DNA from: Candidatus Nomurabacteria bacterium
GTDB lineage: Bacteria > Patescibacteriota > Minisyncoccia > Phycocordibacterales > SBAW01
Length of the DNA: 64,000 nucleotides
Direction: 5' to 3'
Assembly: GCA_020854065.1 (NCBI GenBank)
Contig: JADZGF010000005.1
Span: 8,925-72,924, forward strand
Shown: in pieces, positions 9,402 through 18,478 of the stretch
Numbering within the stretch: position 1 is the stretch's first letter
Layout: each line of letters opens with the position of its first letter
The notes under the pieces: generated by a model
Told to the model about the DNA's origin: nothing
Seen by the model: only the letters and a program-made list of their open reading frames with translations
Databases searched by the model: none
Position numbers and translations under genes: made by a program

Positions 9402-10792
9402 GATTGTTTTGGTTCGTCCTTAATTTGGGCGGCCCTGCGCCAATCGCTAAAGGGCTCGGCATCCTTCTTTTTATTATGCGCGAGTGTGGGAATAGGGCAG
9501 AGGGCTGGGACACTCCTTAGCTCATCGTATCCCTTTCGGGCTATGGACAGCAACTCTTGCGGGATAAACAACAATTCTTTGTGTGGGGTGCATACTCGCC
9601 AATGTTTTCGCGTGCCGAGTATGAGTTTAGAATCGACCAGTCTGTCCTTTTTATAATGCGTCGCATCATCTGCGGGGCACAAAAGGAGGGGACCAAGTTC
9701 TTTACTCAATAGTTTGTAGGTATAAAAAAGTTCATGCAGAGTCGATGCTTCATAGGCGTACTCCCCGGAAGCGAAAAACAAAAAATCGGCATCATGTGCG
9801 AGTGATACTGCCTGCTCCAAAAGATCTCCTTCCGGCGCGACTATCGTGTAGGGTACGGGGCACAATGACAGTATCTGCTCAACCTCACTTCCGTGAAGAT
9901 TCTCGGCTTCATATATAAAGGTGGCATTGATACGTACGGCGTTGTGCCTCTCGAGCAAGAGCAGCGAGTAGAGTAGTGACTTCAGTAGTTCGGGATATCC
10001 CTGGGGTGGTGCATACACAATATGGAGCGAAGGTTTTTCTGCGTCAGCGGGCAATGCGGCAGAGGCTTGTGGCACCGGCATGTCGTGGTGTTTGTAGTAC
10101 TCAGCGTTAAATACAAGGGCCCCTGATGAGTCAAGCGTGTAGGAAGAATGTCCGAAGTGTTTATGTTGATAGGCAAGTTTGCGCCCGACATCTTCGCGGC
10201 GCCACGTGTGATGTATAACTTTGGCAATCGAAGGTGGCACAATGCCGGGTATGCGAGTGTATAAAGAAGACCCGTCATTAAATGCTACTTCGTTGTCAAA
10301 TTTAAAGTTCCGGATGCCGCCGGAGCGATCGGTGCGGATAATGCGTGGGGGAAAGAATGCGCCAGGAGAGGAAACCCCAAACACGTGGTTATCAAAATGT
10401 ACGTGGTAGTAGTCAAACTGGGGAGTTTTTTCTACAAACGCAATAATGTCTTTTATCTGTTGCGCTGTGTAATGCTCGTCGCCATCAAGGATCCATATAG
10501 CATCGACTCCTTTTGCAAGAAGTGCATAGAGGACGAGTGATCGAACCTCTTTTTCATACATTGGTTGCTCATCAAGAAAGAGTGCATCAAAATGGCGACT
10601 GTTTGCCCGGAGTGCTTCTCGAGTTGTTTGGTCGTTGTCTGGGTAACCAAGTTCGGCGTACTCCTTAAACTGCACGCTTGCAGCGGCAAGAACAATATCG
10701 TATCCCTGCGCTTTAACCTCAAGCCATGGGGTGATAGTTCTCTCTAACAAGTCTGGTGCACCATAAAAACATCCCAAGACGCCGATTTTCAT
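9398..10792 (-). CDS. putative glycosyltransferase (GT-A-like, DXD motif ILDGDEH) with a C-terminal domain of unknown function
   Basis: A DGDEH acidic motif after a Rossmann-like N-terminus. Weak similarity only. Sits inside the glycosyltransferase cluster. Confidence 0.45.
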   Translation of the reverse strand: MKIGVLGCFYGAPDLLERTITPWLEVKAQGYDIVLAAASVQFKEYAELGYPDNDQTTREALRANSRHFDALFLDEQPMYEKEVRSLVLYALLAKGVDAIWILDGDEHYTAQQIKDIIAFVEKTPQFDYYHVHFDNHVFGVSSPGAFFPPRIIRTDRSGGIRNFKFDNEVAFNDGSSLYTRIPGIVPPSIAKVIHHTWRREDVGRKLAYQHKHFGHSSYTLDSSGALVFNAEYYKHHDMPVPQASAALPADAEKPSLHIVYAPPQGYPELLKSLLYSLLLLERHNAVRINATFIYEAENLHGSEVEQILSLCPVPYTIVAPEGDLLEQAVSLAHDADFLFFASGEYAYEASTLHELFYTYKLLSKELGPLLLCPADDATHYKKDRLVDSKLILGTRKHWRVCTPHKELLFIPQELLSIARKGYDELRSVPALCPIPTLAHNKKKDAEPFSDWRRAAQIKDEPKQS

Positions 10793-10869
10793 GGGGCTAT
10801 CATACTATAGAGGGCTTTGTATGGGTACAAAGGGACATTTTTTGCCTTGGCGTGGGCTATACTACAAAC

Positions 10870-11973
10870 ATGAGGTTCTTCAACTTCCTCAAATACAACA
10901 ACGCCGTACCGATCGGTCTTTTCTTGTTGTTTGGTATGGGAAGTGCTGCGCTGGCTTCTACCCCTGAGGTTCAGCAGGCGGTGTATAACACGCAAGAATC
11001 GGTGGTCAGTATCGACAACAGTTATATCGTCAATGCTGATATAGAAAATTTTGAGTATCAGCTCATGGTAACGGGCATAACCGAGGACGAAGAATTGTAT
11101 TACGTAACGTACACGTATCAGACGATTGATTTGCAACAAGAGGTTTGGCAAGAAGTTACAAAAGGAGGAACGCTTAAATTTACAAAAAAAGAATTAGAAG
11201 GTAGAGATCTTGGGCTTGAGGTAAGTAAGCAATTGGGCGAGCTTATCGCAAGCGAGATGAAGTATCTTGCCGACGTACAAAAGTATGAGCGTGCAAACGG
11301 CGAGTCCCGCAAAGTAGTTGCAACTGAGTACTCAGGACTCATCGGCCGTTTCTTCGATCCGACGCAAAAAGAATTCCCGGGGTATAAACCAGTAATTGAG
11401 CCACCGAAACCTGAAGAAGAGGAACAGACTGCTGCGGTAGCGAATGCGGTAACAGATCCTACACAACCTGTTCCTCCTGAGGAGAAGAAACCGAAAGAGA
11501 GCACGGTGTTAAGTCTCCAGGTGCTTGGCGAAAATCCGGTGCGCGTGGCGCTCGGCAGCGAATACCGCGACCTCGGCGCACTTTTAAGTGATCCAACTGA
11601 TCCATCAATAACCTACAAGGCGTTTGTAAACGGTGAGGAGAAAGTCGCTCCGATAACGGTGACCTCAAATGACGATGCGGTATTTGAAATTGAGTATCGT
11701 GCGGTTGATCAGAACGGCATAAAAGTATTTGTGCGTCGCATTGTGCTCTTCGGCGATGCTCCTGATCCAGGCACCGCAAAGACATTTGGAGGAAACCGCG
11801 ACCTACGACAGGAAGAACCACCTGCTGAAGAACCTCCAGCCGAAGAGCCACCGGCAGAGGAACCGCCCGCTGAAACTCCTCCTGCTGAAGAACCTCCCGC
11901 AGAGGAGCCACCTGCGGAAGAACCGCCTGTCGAAGAGTCGTCCACACCGCCTGCCGAAGAGCCGGCACAATAG
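10870..11973 (+). CDS. secreted protein with Ig-like (DUF5011-type) domain and C-terminal (P-A-E-E-P)n tandem repeats
   Basis: Signal peptide MRFFNFLKYNNAVPIGLFLLFGMGSAALAS. A segment LQVLGENPVRVALGSEYRDLGALLSDPTDPSITY resembles bacterial Ig-like surface domains. Eight or more EEPPA repeats precede the stop. Start chosen at ATG 10870; the upstream part of the ORF overlaps the convergent gene. Confidence 0.55.
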   Translation: MRFFNFLKYNNAVPIGLFLLFGMGSAALASTPEVQQAVYNTQESVVSIDNSYIVNADIENFEYQLMVTGITEDEELYYVTYTYQTIDLQQEVWQEVTKGGTLKFTKKELEGRDLGLEVSKQLGELIASEMKYLADVQKYERANGESRKVVATEYSGLIGRFFDPTQKEFPGYKPVIEPPKPEEEEQTAAVANAVTDPTQPVPPEEKKPKESTVLSLQVLGENPVRVALGSEYRDLGALLSDPTDPSITYKAFVNGEEKVAPITVTSNDDAVFEIEYRAVDQNGIKVFVRRIVLFGDAPDPGTAKTFGGNRDLRQEEPPAEEPPAEEPPAEEPPAETPPAEEPPAEEPPAEEPPVEESSTPPAEEPAQ

Positions 11974-11988
11974 CGGTATAGTTACACT

Positions 11989-14895
11989 ATGCGGCTTATG
12001 CCAAATCATCCGCCCCATGTTTTGCGCTACGCGGCGCTTCTAACGGGTGGAGTAATGCTCCTGGTTATGGTGGCGCTCGTAATGTCGGGTAATGTTCCCT
12101 TCGCTCCGAAATTCGTTAAAAATCTAGCAGGTACACTTGAAAGAAACCCAACCTCTCAGGCTGCGGGTATACCTTTTTATGCTGACCATTTTCCGATCTA
12201 CAATGGAGGCGACCCAAATCTGAGGCTGGTGAATGTTATCTTACCTGGTCACCCGGTACCCAATAACTGCGGACTTAATACCTGTGGAAATACAGGAAGC
12301 TGCAGCAATCCCTACATAGGACTCATTAGTATAAGCGATAGCTCCGGCACTAACGGACATGCCGCGCGCGTAAGATTCAACAATACTGTACAATACTTGC
12401 CGTCAACGGGTGTGTTTCAATCGCCATCCGGCAGTACTTTAACACTCAATTGGTCTTGTCAGGACAAGGTTATCAGGCATCAGCTTGACGCATATAATTG
12501 CAGTAACTATGTCGCCGATGGTGTCTGGTACTTCGACAGCGCTGTCGTAACGGGCCCTAGTGGCACCTTGTACAGCGGAACCAACAGGATCGGAAGCGTG
12601 CAAGTCCCTTTTAGTGGGAGTGTGGGCCAAACATTTAACTATACGTTGACGTGTCAAAGAAAAACCAACTCGTGGAGTGCCAGTGTTTCAGCTAGAATAA
12701 TGCCCCCTGCTCCTACTCTTAGTATTACGGGCCAAGTCGGTGCTTCTTCACCGGTAAGCGGTACGGTAAACATGACAGTGGGGCAGTCGGTGCTCATTAC
12801 AGGCACCTTTTCCGCTGCTTCAGGAGATTCCTTAACGGCCACTGCACTCAACGACTCTTCAAACAACGCGCTTCCTGGTGTGTCCAACACAACTAATACT
12901 TCACCAAAGACCTACACTTTTACTCCAACGACGGCGGGCACGTATGTTTTCTACCCAGCAGTTAGAACGACCTTGCATCCAACGTGGAATAATCATGGCA
13001 GTGCACTTACGGTACAAGTGGCCGCCGCTCCTTCAGGGTTCACCCTCACAGTCGACTCAAACGGCTCCTCAGGCGTTGCTATTGGCGGTACTTCAGGCTA
13101 CACCGGTACCACTAACTACACTAAGGTGGGTATCGCAAACGGGACGTCGGTTCAGCTTATCGCTCCTGCTACTACAGACACTGCCTACTTCTCTGGTTGG
13201 AACAACTGTAATTCAGGCAGTGGCACCACATGTACTGTCATCGTGAACTCCAGTAAGACGGTGACGGCAAACTTCGGCACTGGAGGTTACACACTCACCG
13301 TCAACACCTCCGGCGCGTCAGGGATATCCATAAGCGGTTCTCCGACACTTACTGGCGGTACTACTAACTACGTCCGCTCAGGTATTCCTGGCGGAAGTGT
13401 CATTGTCCTCACAGCACCTTCGACTTCGGGTACCGCCACCTTCTCCTCCTGGAGCGGCTGTACTTCGGCAAGTGGGGTCACATGCAACATTACAATGACG
13501 GGCGGGAATAAAACGGTAACGGCAAGCTATACCGCAACCGACCTTTGCCCATCTCTCAGCGGCACACAAACCTCATACCCATCAGGTTCGAGCCCGGCTA
13601 ACTCATGCACCTGTCCTAGTGGCTACACGTATAACAGTGTCTCCAACACGTGTGTTGCGCCGGCGACTGATCTCTGTCCATCACTTGCGGGAACACAAAC
13701 GTCATATCCGTCAGGTTCAAGTCCAGCAAACTCCTGCACCTGCCCCAGTGGGTATACGTACGACAGCGGTTCTAACGCTTGTGTTGCTCCGGACCTCTGC
13801 CCATCACTTGCAGGAACACAGACCTCATATCCATCAGGTTCAAGTCCAGTAAACTCCTGCACCTGCCCAAGTGGGTATACGTACAACAGTGGCTCCAACG
13901 CTTGTGTTGTCGCGAGCGACTCGTGTACGACCATGTATCCAAGTTATTACGGTCCTGTTGTTGTGACGGGTACTACTGCAGGGACTGTGTATGGTAGTGG
14001 TCCGTACCATTTTATCTCTACCACTGCCAAAGCGGCAGTACATGCTGGTATTATCTCTGTCGGACAGACTGCTACTATTATGCGCACAAGCGCTGGTACA
14101 GTAAGTTCTTTCACTGGCTCTACACAAAATGGAATCACTTCCTTTACGACTGGGTCCTCTGCGTGTGGTGTAACACTCTCTAACGCGGCGCCATCAATAC
14201 CTACCTTGACTCTTGCTTCGACGCAGAGTGCTGCCGAGGGTGGGTCAACGGGTATTTTTACTGTTACTGCAAACCAGACTTCAAGCAGCAATATTGCCGT
14301 TAACTACACTGTTACAGGCGGCACTGCCACCGAAGGTGTCGATTACACTTCGCTTTCGGGCTCAGTTACTCTTCCGGCGTACGAGACGAGCGTAACGATA
14401 CTGGTGAGTGCCATTAACGACACTGAGTACGAGGGTACTGAGACAATAGGATTGTCATTGGATTCTTCTTCCAGTTATGACCGTGGGAGTCCGTATACTG
14501 CGACCATGAACCTTATCGACAACGAAACAGCAGCTTCGCTCCCAACATTCTCCACCTGTGCAGACACCGGGACTCCTCCTACCTGCTCGTTGGCACTACT
14601 TTCAGGTCTTACTTCAGTTAATTGGATTAGACAGGGTCTTCCTGTAACTGTGTCCTGGAATGTAGACGGACTCGTCACTGGTTCTCCGGGTAATACTTGT
14701 ACGATACGATCAATTCCTTCTTCAGCATTCACCACGCGAAGCTGGCCACAGACCGGGAGTACGTGGGTGGGCACTGCAACGTCAAATAACATTATACAGA
14801 CTACGATCTTTACCCTCACCTGCACAGCGCCAAATGGTATAGAAACTACAACTGCACGAACGGTGCGCGTGGTGCCTCGCTTCAATGAGATCTAG
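11989..14895 (+). CDS. large multi-domain surface protein: N-terminal TM anchor, two InlB B-repeat-like domains, three Cys-rich roughly 40 aa repeats, Calx-beta-like domain
   Basis: TM helix at residues roughly 15-35. Two roughly 80 aa repeats of the form YTLTV..SG..G...SG......GT.NY.......G..V.L.A......F..W..C.SG..C....N..KTVTA.F (InlB B-repeat pattern). Three DLCPSLxGTQTSYPSGSSPxNSCTCPSGYTY(N/D)SxSNxCV repeats. A Calx-beta-like stretch VNYTVTGGTATEGVDYTSLSGSVTLPAYETSVTILVSAINDTEYEGTETIGLSL. Confidence 0.75.
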   Translation: MRLMPNHPPHVLRYAALLTGGVMLLVMVALVMSGNVPFAPKFVKNLAGTLERNPTSQAAGIPFYADHFPIYNGGDPNLRLVNVILPGHPVPNNCGLNTCGNTGSCSNPYIGLISISDSSGTNGHAARVRFNNTVQYLPSTGVFQSPSGSTLTLNWSCQDKVIRHQLDAYNCSNYVADGVWYFDSAVVTGPSGTLYSGTNRIGSVQVPFSGSVGQTFNYTLTCQRKTNSWSASVSARIMPPAPTLSITGQVGASSPVSGTVNMTVGQSVLITGTFSAASGDSLTATALNDSSNNALPGVSNTTNTSPKTYTFTPTTAGTYVFYPAVRTTLHPTWNNHGSALTVQVAAAPSGFTLTVDSNGSSGVAIGGTSGYTGTTNYTKVGIANGTSVQLIAPATTDTAYFSGWNNCNSGSGTTCTVIVNSSKTVTANFGTGGYTLTVNTSGASGISISGSPTLTGGTTNYVRSGIPGGSVIVLTAPSTSGTATFSSWSGCTSASGVTCNITMTGGNKTVTASYTATDLCPSLSGTQTSYPSGSSPANSCTCPSGYTYNSVSNTCVAPATDLCPSLAGTQTSYPSGSSPANSCTCPSGYTYDSGSNACVAPDLCPSLAGTQTSYPSGSSPVNSCTCPSGYTYNSGSNACVVASDSCTTMYPSYYGPVVVTGTTAGTVYGSGPYHFISTTAKAAVHAGIISVGQTATIMRTSAGTVSSFTGSTQNGITSFTTGSSACGVTLSNAAPSIPTLTLASTQSAAEGGSTGIFTVTANQTSSSNIAVNYTVTGGTATEGVDYTSLSGSVTLPAYETSVTILVSAINDTEYEGTETIGLSLDSSSSYDRGSPYTATMNLIDNETAASLPTFSTCADTGTPPTCSLALLSGLTSVNWIRQGLPVTVSWNVDGLVTGSPGNTCTIRSIPSSAFTTRSWPQTGSTWVGTATSNNIIQTTIFTLTCTAPNGIETTTARTVRVVPRFNEI

Positions 14896-14922
14896 GTAAA
14901 AATCATGCGCTAGAATAAGCGT

Positions 14923-15939
14923 ATGAGTGTTAAGGTTGCAATTAACGGCTTTGGACGTATCGGTCGCGCGTTCGTGCGCGCAGCGGTGCATGATCCGAAG
15001 ATCGAACTTGTTGCGATCAATGACCTGGGTGAGATTGATAATCTTGCGTATCTTCTTCAGTACGATTCGGTGTACCGGCGCTTTCCCGCACAAATTAAAG
15101 TAGAGGGTGGCGATCTGGTGATTGGCGCAAAGCCAGTTAAGTTTTTAAGCGTCAAAGATCCTGCACAATTGCCGTGGGGTCAGCTTGGTGTTGATGTAGT
15201 GATTGAATCAACAGGCGTGTTTGATAGTTTTGAAAAATCGCAGGCACATATAACAGCTGGCGCGAAGCGTGTGGTTATTACCGCTCCAGTTAAAGACGAG
15301 TTACAAAACGCCGCAACGGTGCTGGTCGGAGTGAATGAGGATAAGCTCCAAAATGTTACCGTTACTTCCAATGCGTCGTGCACCACCAACTCAGCATCTC
15401 CTCTGATTGCGATTCTTGATGAATCGATTGGGATTGAGAAGGCGTTACTTAACACCGTGCACGCATACACCGCAACACAGTCGTTAGTGGATGCGCCGGT
15501 TAAAGGGTCAGATAAACGACGTGGTCGTGCTGCAGCGCAAAACATTGTGCCCTCATCCACAGGCGCTGCAGTTGCGGTGACAAAAGCATATCCAAATCTT
15601 TCAGGACTTTTTGATGGTGTCTCGGTACGGGTACCTACAGTTTCTGGTTCGCTCGTTGATATTACGTTCGTCGCGAAACGTGCAACGACTGCTGAGGAAG
15701 TAAACGACATACTGCGCAAAGCAGCGCTCGAACCGCGCTGGCAGGGGATTTTTGCTGCAAGTGACGAGCCGCTTGTTTCTGGTGACATTATCGGCACTGA
15801 ACATGCATCAATTGCGGATCTTGAGATGACACGGGTGGTTGGAGGTACCCTCGTTAAGGTAATGGCGTGGTACGACAACGAAATGGGGTATGCGCATACA
15901 CTTCTTCGACACGTACAATTGCTCGGTGCGCATATATAA
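14923..15939 (+). CDS. gap: type I glyceraldehyde-3-phosphate dehydrogenase
   Basis: VAINGFGRIGR NAD-binding motif, catalytic ASCTTN, and full-length (338 aa) colinearity with GapA. Confidence 0.9.
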   Translation: MSVKVAINGFGRIGRAFVRAAVHDPKIELVAINDLGEIDNLAYLLQYDSVYRRFPAQIKVEGGDLVIGAKPVKFLSVKDPAQLPWGQLGVDVVIESTGVFDSFEKSQAHITAGAKRVVITAPVKDELQNAATVLVGVNEDKLQNVTVTSNASCTTNSASPLIAILDESIGIEKALLNTVHAYTATQSLVDAPVKGSDKRRGRAAAQNIVPSSTGAAVAVTKAYPNLSGLFDGVSVRVPTVSGSLVDITFVAKRATTAEEVNDILRKAALEPRWQGIFAASDEPLVSGDIIGTEHASIADLEMTRVVGGTLVKVMAWYDNEMGYAHTLLRHVQLLGAHI

Positions 15940-15946
15940 TAGAAGA

Positions 15947-16384
15947 GTGAAAATCTTCATTGCATCTGATCATGCAGGGTTTGAACTCAAAGAAACTCTT
16001 GGGCATTACTTGCGGATGAAAGGCCGCGAGGTGGAAGATCTTGGTCCTGCTGAATTTAATCCGGAGGACGACTATCCACATACCATTGCGCCGTTGGCTA
16101 AAAAAGTTGCAAAGACAAAAGGCGCCATGGGTATTGCGATTGGAGGTTCAGGACAAGGCGAGGCGATGGAATGTAATCGTGTGAAAGGAGTACGCGCTGC
16201 TGTCTTCTATGGTGGCTCCCATGAGATCCTTAAACTCTCACGCCAGCACAATAGCGCTAATGTACTCTCGCTTGGCGCGCGATTTCTTTCTCCAAAAGAA
16301 GCGATACAGGCAGTGGAGCTGTGGCTTTCAACTCCGTTTAGTCACGAAGAGCGCCATGCGCGCCGTATTAAAGAACTGGGATGA
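15947..16384 (+). CDS. rpiB: ribose-5-phosphate isomerase B (RpiB/LacAB family)
   Basis: KIFIASDHAGFELKE...GIAIGGSGQGEAMECNRVKGVRAA, which is RpiB family. A GTG start at 15947 is chosen just after the gap stop. The ORF track begins at 15890, overlapping gap. Confidence 0.8.
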   Translation: MKIFIASDHAGFELKETLGHYLRMKGREVEDLGPAEFNPEDDYPHTIAPLAKKVAKTKGAMGIAIGGSGQGEAMECNRVKGVRAAVFYGGSHEILKLSRQHNSANVLSLGARFLSPKEAIQAVELWLSTPFSHEERHARRIKELG

Positions 16385-17016
16385 TAAAAATAATTCCCGC
16401 CATTTTACCGAAGACGTTTGACGAACTCGTTTCGGGACTCGAGCGTTTAAGTAGTGTCTCAAATGAAATACAAATAGATTTGGTAGGAAGGAATGTGCTC
16501 AAGGATCAAGAGATGCCACACTGGCAGGAATTTGAGTTCGAAATTGATGTCATGCTTCCTGAGCCGCACACCGAATTGGATAGCATATTAGCACTTGGTC
16601 CTTCCCGTATTGTTATCCATGCAGCAAACCAGCACGCCAAAGAAGCGCTCACACAACTACAGAGTATGCGCGACGGAAATTACCCGACTCTTGTCGGTAT
16701 AGCGCTCTTACCCACCGCAGAGCCTGAGGTGCTTGATGAGTACGCAGGACTCTATGATTTCATACAAGTCATGGGTATTGATGAGGTTGGCGCACAAGGC
16801 AGGCCCTTTAATCCCAAAGCTATTGAGTTGGTCTCACGTCTCCGCGCGCTTCATCCTCAGGTACTTATACAGGTTGATGGTCATGCGGCTGGAAATGAAA
16901 AAGAGTTGGTTGCAGCGGGTGCTGAACGCTTAGTTATTGGCTCTGCAATATTGAATGCTGATAATCCAAAAGCAGCACTCCATGAAGCGCTCGCTCGTGC
17001 AAATGCCGGAGTATAA
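16381..17016 (+). CDS. ribulose-phosphate 3-epimerase-like TIM-barrel protein (divergent)
   Basis: The N-terminus KIIPAILPKTFDEL resembles the Rpe start (IAPSILSADF). The fold and length fit, and the context is pentose-phosphate. The canonical His/Asp metal-ligand motif (HxDxMDG) is not evident. Confidence 0.45.
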   Translation: MIKIIPAILPKTFDELVSGLERLSSVSNEIQIDLVGRNVLKDQEMPHWQEFEFEIDVMLPEPHTELDSILALGPSRIVIHAANQHAKEALTQLQSMRDGNYPTLVGIALLPTAEPEVLDEYAGLYDFIQVMGIDEVGAQGRPFNPKAIELVSRLRALHPQVLIQVDGHAAGNEKELVAAGAERLVIGSAILNADNPKAALHEALARANAGV

Positions 17017-17024
17017 TAGAGCAA

Positions 17025-17909
17025 ATGGCTCTGAGCGATACGCAGGTTAATAGCCTTGAACTGCGCGCGCGCGACATCCGCGCCACTATTATTGAGATGC
17101 TCACCGCTGCAGGCTCCGGGCACACCGCGGGACCTCTCGGCATGGCGGATATCTTTGCGGCGCTCTATTTTCACATCCTCTCGCACGATCCCGCACATCC
17201 TGAATGGGATTTGCGCGATCGTCTTATCCTCTCCAATGGCCACATCACGCCGGTACGCTATGCTGCGATGGCACATGCAGGCTATTTCCCCGTTGAAGAG
17301 TGTTTAACGCTTCGTAAGTTTGGGTCGCGTCTGCAAGGTCACCCGGAGCGTCAAAAGCTCCCTGGGGTAGAGACTACTTCAGGTCCTCTCGGTTCGGGAC
17401 TCGGTCAGGCTGCCGGATATGCATATGCGGCTCGGATGGACGGAAAGAAATTCCGCACCTTTTGTTTAATGAGCGACGGGGAACAAGATACCGGCAACAT
17501 CTGGGAGTCTGCGATGTTTGCGGGGAATAATCGACTGAGCAACCTCACCGCTATTATTGATCGCAACAATATTCAGATAAACGGAATGACGGAGAATGTT
17601 ATGCCACTTGAGAACATGCGTGCAAAATACGAAGCGTTTAACTGGCATGTACTTGAGATTGATGGACATAACATGCGTGCCATTGTTGATGCGTGTGATG
17701 AAGCAGCGGCAATTTATGAGCGTCCAACCGTAATCATTGCACACACCATCCCTGGCAGAGGAGTACGTGAAATAGAGTTTGACTATCGCTGGCATGGCGT
17801 GCCGCCGGGCAAAGGTCCAACTGACAAAGTTCCGGCAGACAAACAGGCAGAAGTGTTCTTAAAAGAACTCCGGACTTTGAAAGGCAAAATTCAAAGCGAA
17901 CATGAATAG
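17025..17909 (+). CDS. tktA: transketolase, N-terminal (TPP-binding) subunit
   Basis: GSGHTAGPLGMADIFAALYF......LSNGH matches the transketolase PP-domain motifs. 294 aa, typical of split Tkt. Confidence 0.9.
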   Translation: MALSDTQVNSLELRARDIRATIIEMLTAAGSGHTAGPLGMADIFAALYFHILSHDPAHPEWDLRDRLILSNGHITPVRYAAMAHAGYFPVEECLTLRKFGSRLQGHPERQKLPGVETTSGPLGSGLGQAAGYAYAARMDGKKFRTFCLMSDGEQDTGNIWESAMFAGNNRLSNLTAIIDRNNIQINGMTENVMPLENMRAKYEAFNWHVLEIDGHNMRAIVDACDEAAAIYERPTVIIAHTIPGRGVREIEFDYRWHGVPPGKGPTDKVPADKQAEVFLKELRTLKGKIQSEHE

Positions 17910-17916
17910 CTTTTTT

Positions 17917-18468
17917 ATGCGCAAATCGCGAGGTTTTACCCTTATCGAACTCCTGGTTGTTATTGCCATCATCGGCATACTTGCCTCTATTGTGATGGTT
18001 AGTCTCAATGGTGCGCGTGCTAAAGGGCGAGATGCTCGGCGACTTGCTGACTTGAAGTCATTTGAATTTGCACTCAATCTCTACTATGAGGCGAACGAAC
18101 ACTATCCATATACCAACTGCTCTGGCTCTAACAGCTGGGCCAGTTTTGACAGTCCTACCTATTCGCCCAATTTGGTATGTGATACGCCAGGTGGAGCAGG
18201 AGTTACGCTTTCACAAAAGATGAGCCCATACACCGATCCCTTAAAAGACCCGGGAGGTGCAACTGGTGATGCGGGTTATTTGTATATCAACCAAGGAGGA
18301 CGATTCGATTATTGCGTCTTGGTATGGCGCACCCCTGAAAACCTCAACAATTTCCCGCCTGAGACGATACCCGCATCTCAGTGCACTGCATGGAATAGTT
18401 CCGGAGTGTGCACCAGTGGCACTAATGCGTTGTATATAGGGAAAGGTATCTATCAAAACGGCTGTTAA
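17917..18468 (+). CDS. type IV pilin / pseudopilin (prepilin with class III signal peptide)
   Basis: MRKSRG|FTLIELLVVIAIIGILASIV: a short basic leader ending in Gly, Phe at +1, Glu at +5. A C-terminal Cys pair (CTAWNSSGVCTSG...NGC) is consistent with a disulfide-bonded D-region. The start overlaps the tktA stop by a few nt. Confidence 0.8.
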   Translation: MRKSRGFTLIELLVVIAIIGILASIVMVSLNGARAKGRDARRLADLKSFEFALNLYYEANEHYPYTNCSGSNSWASFDSPTYSPNLVCDTPGGAGVTLSQKMSPYTDPLKDPGGATGDAGYLYINQGGRFDYCVLVWRTPENLNNFPPETIPASQCTAWNSSGVCTSGTNALYIGKGIYQNGC

Positions 18469-18478
18469 TCTTGTATAT

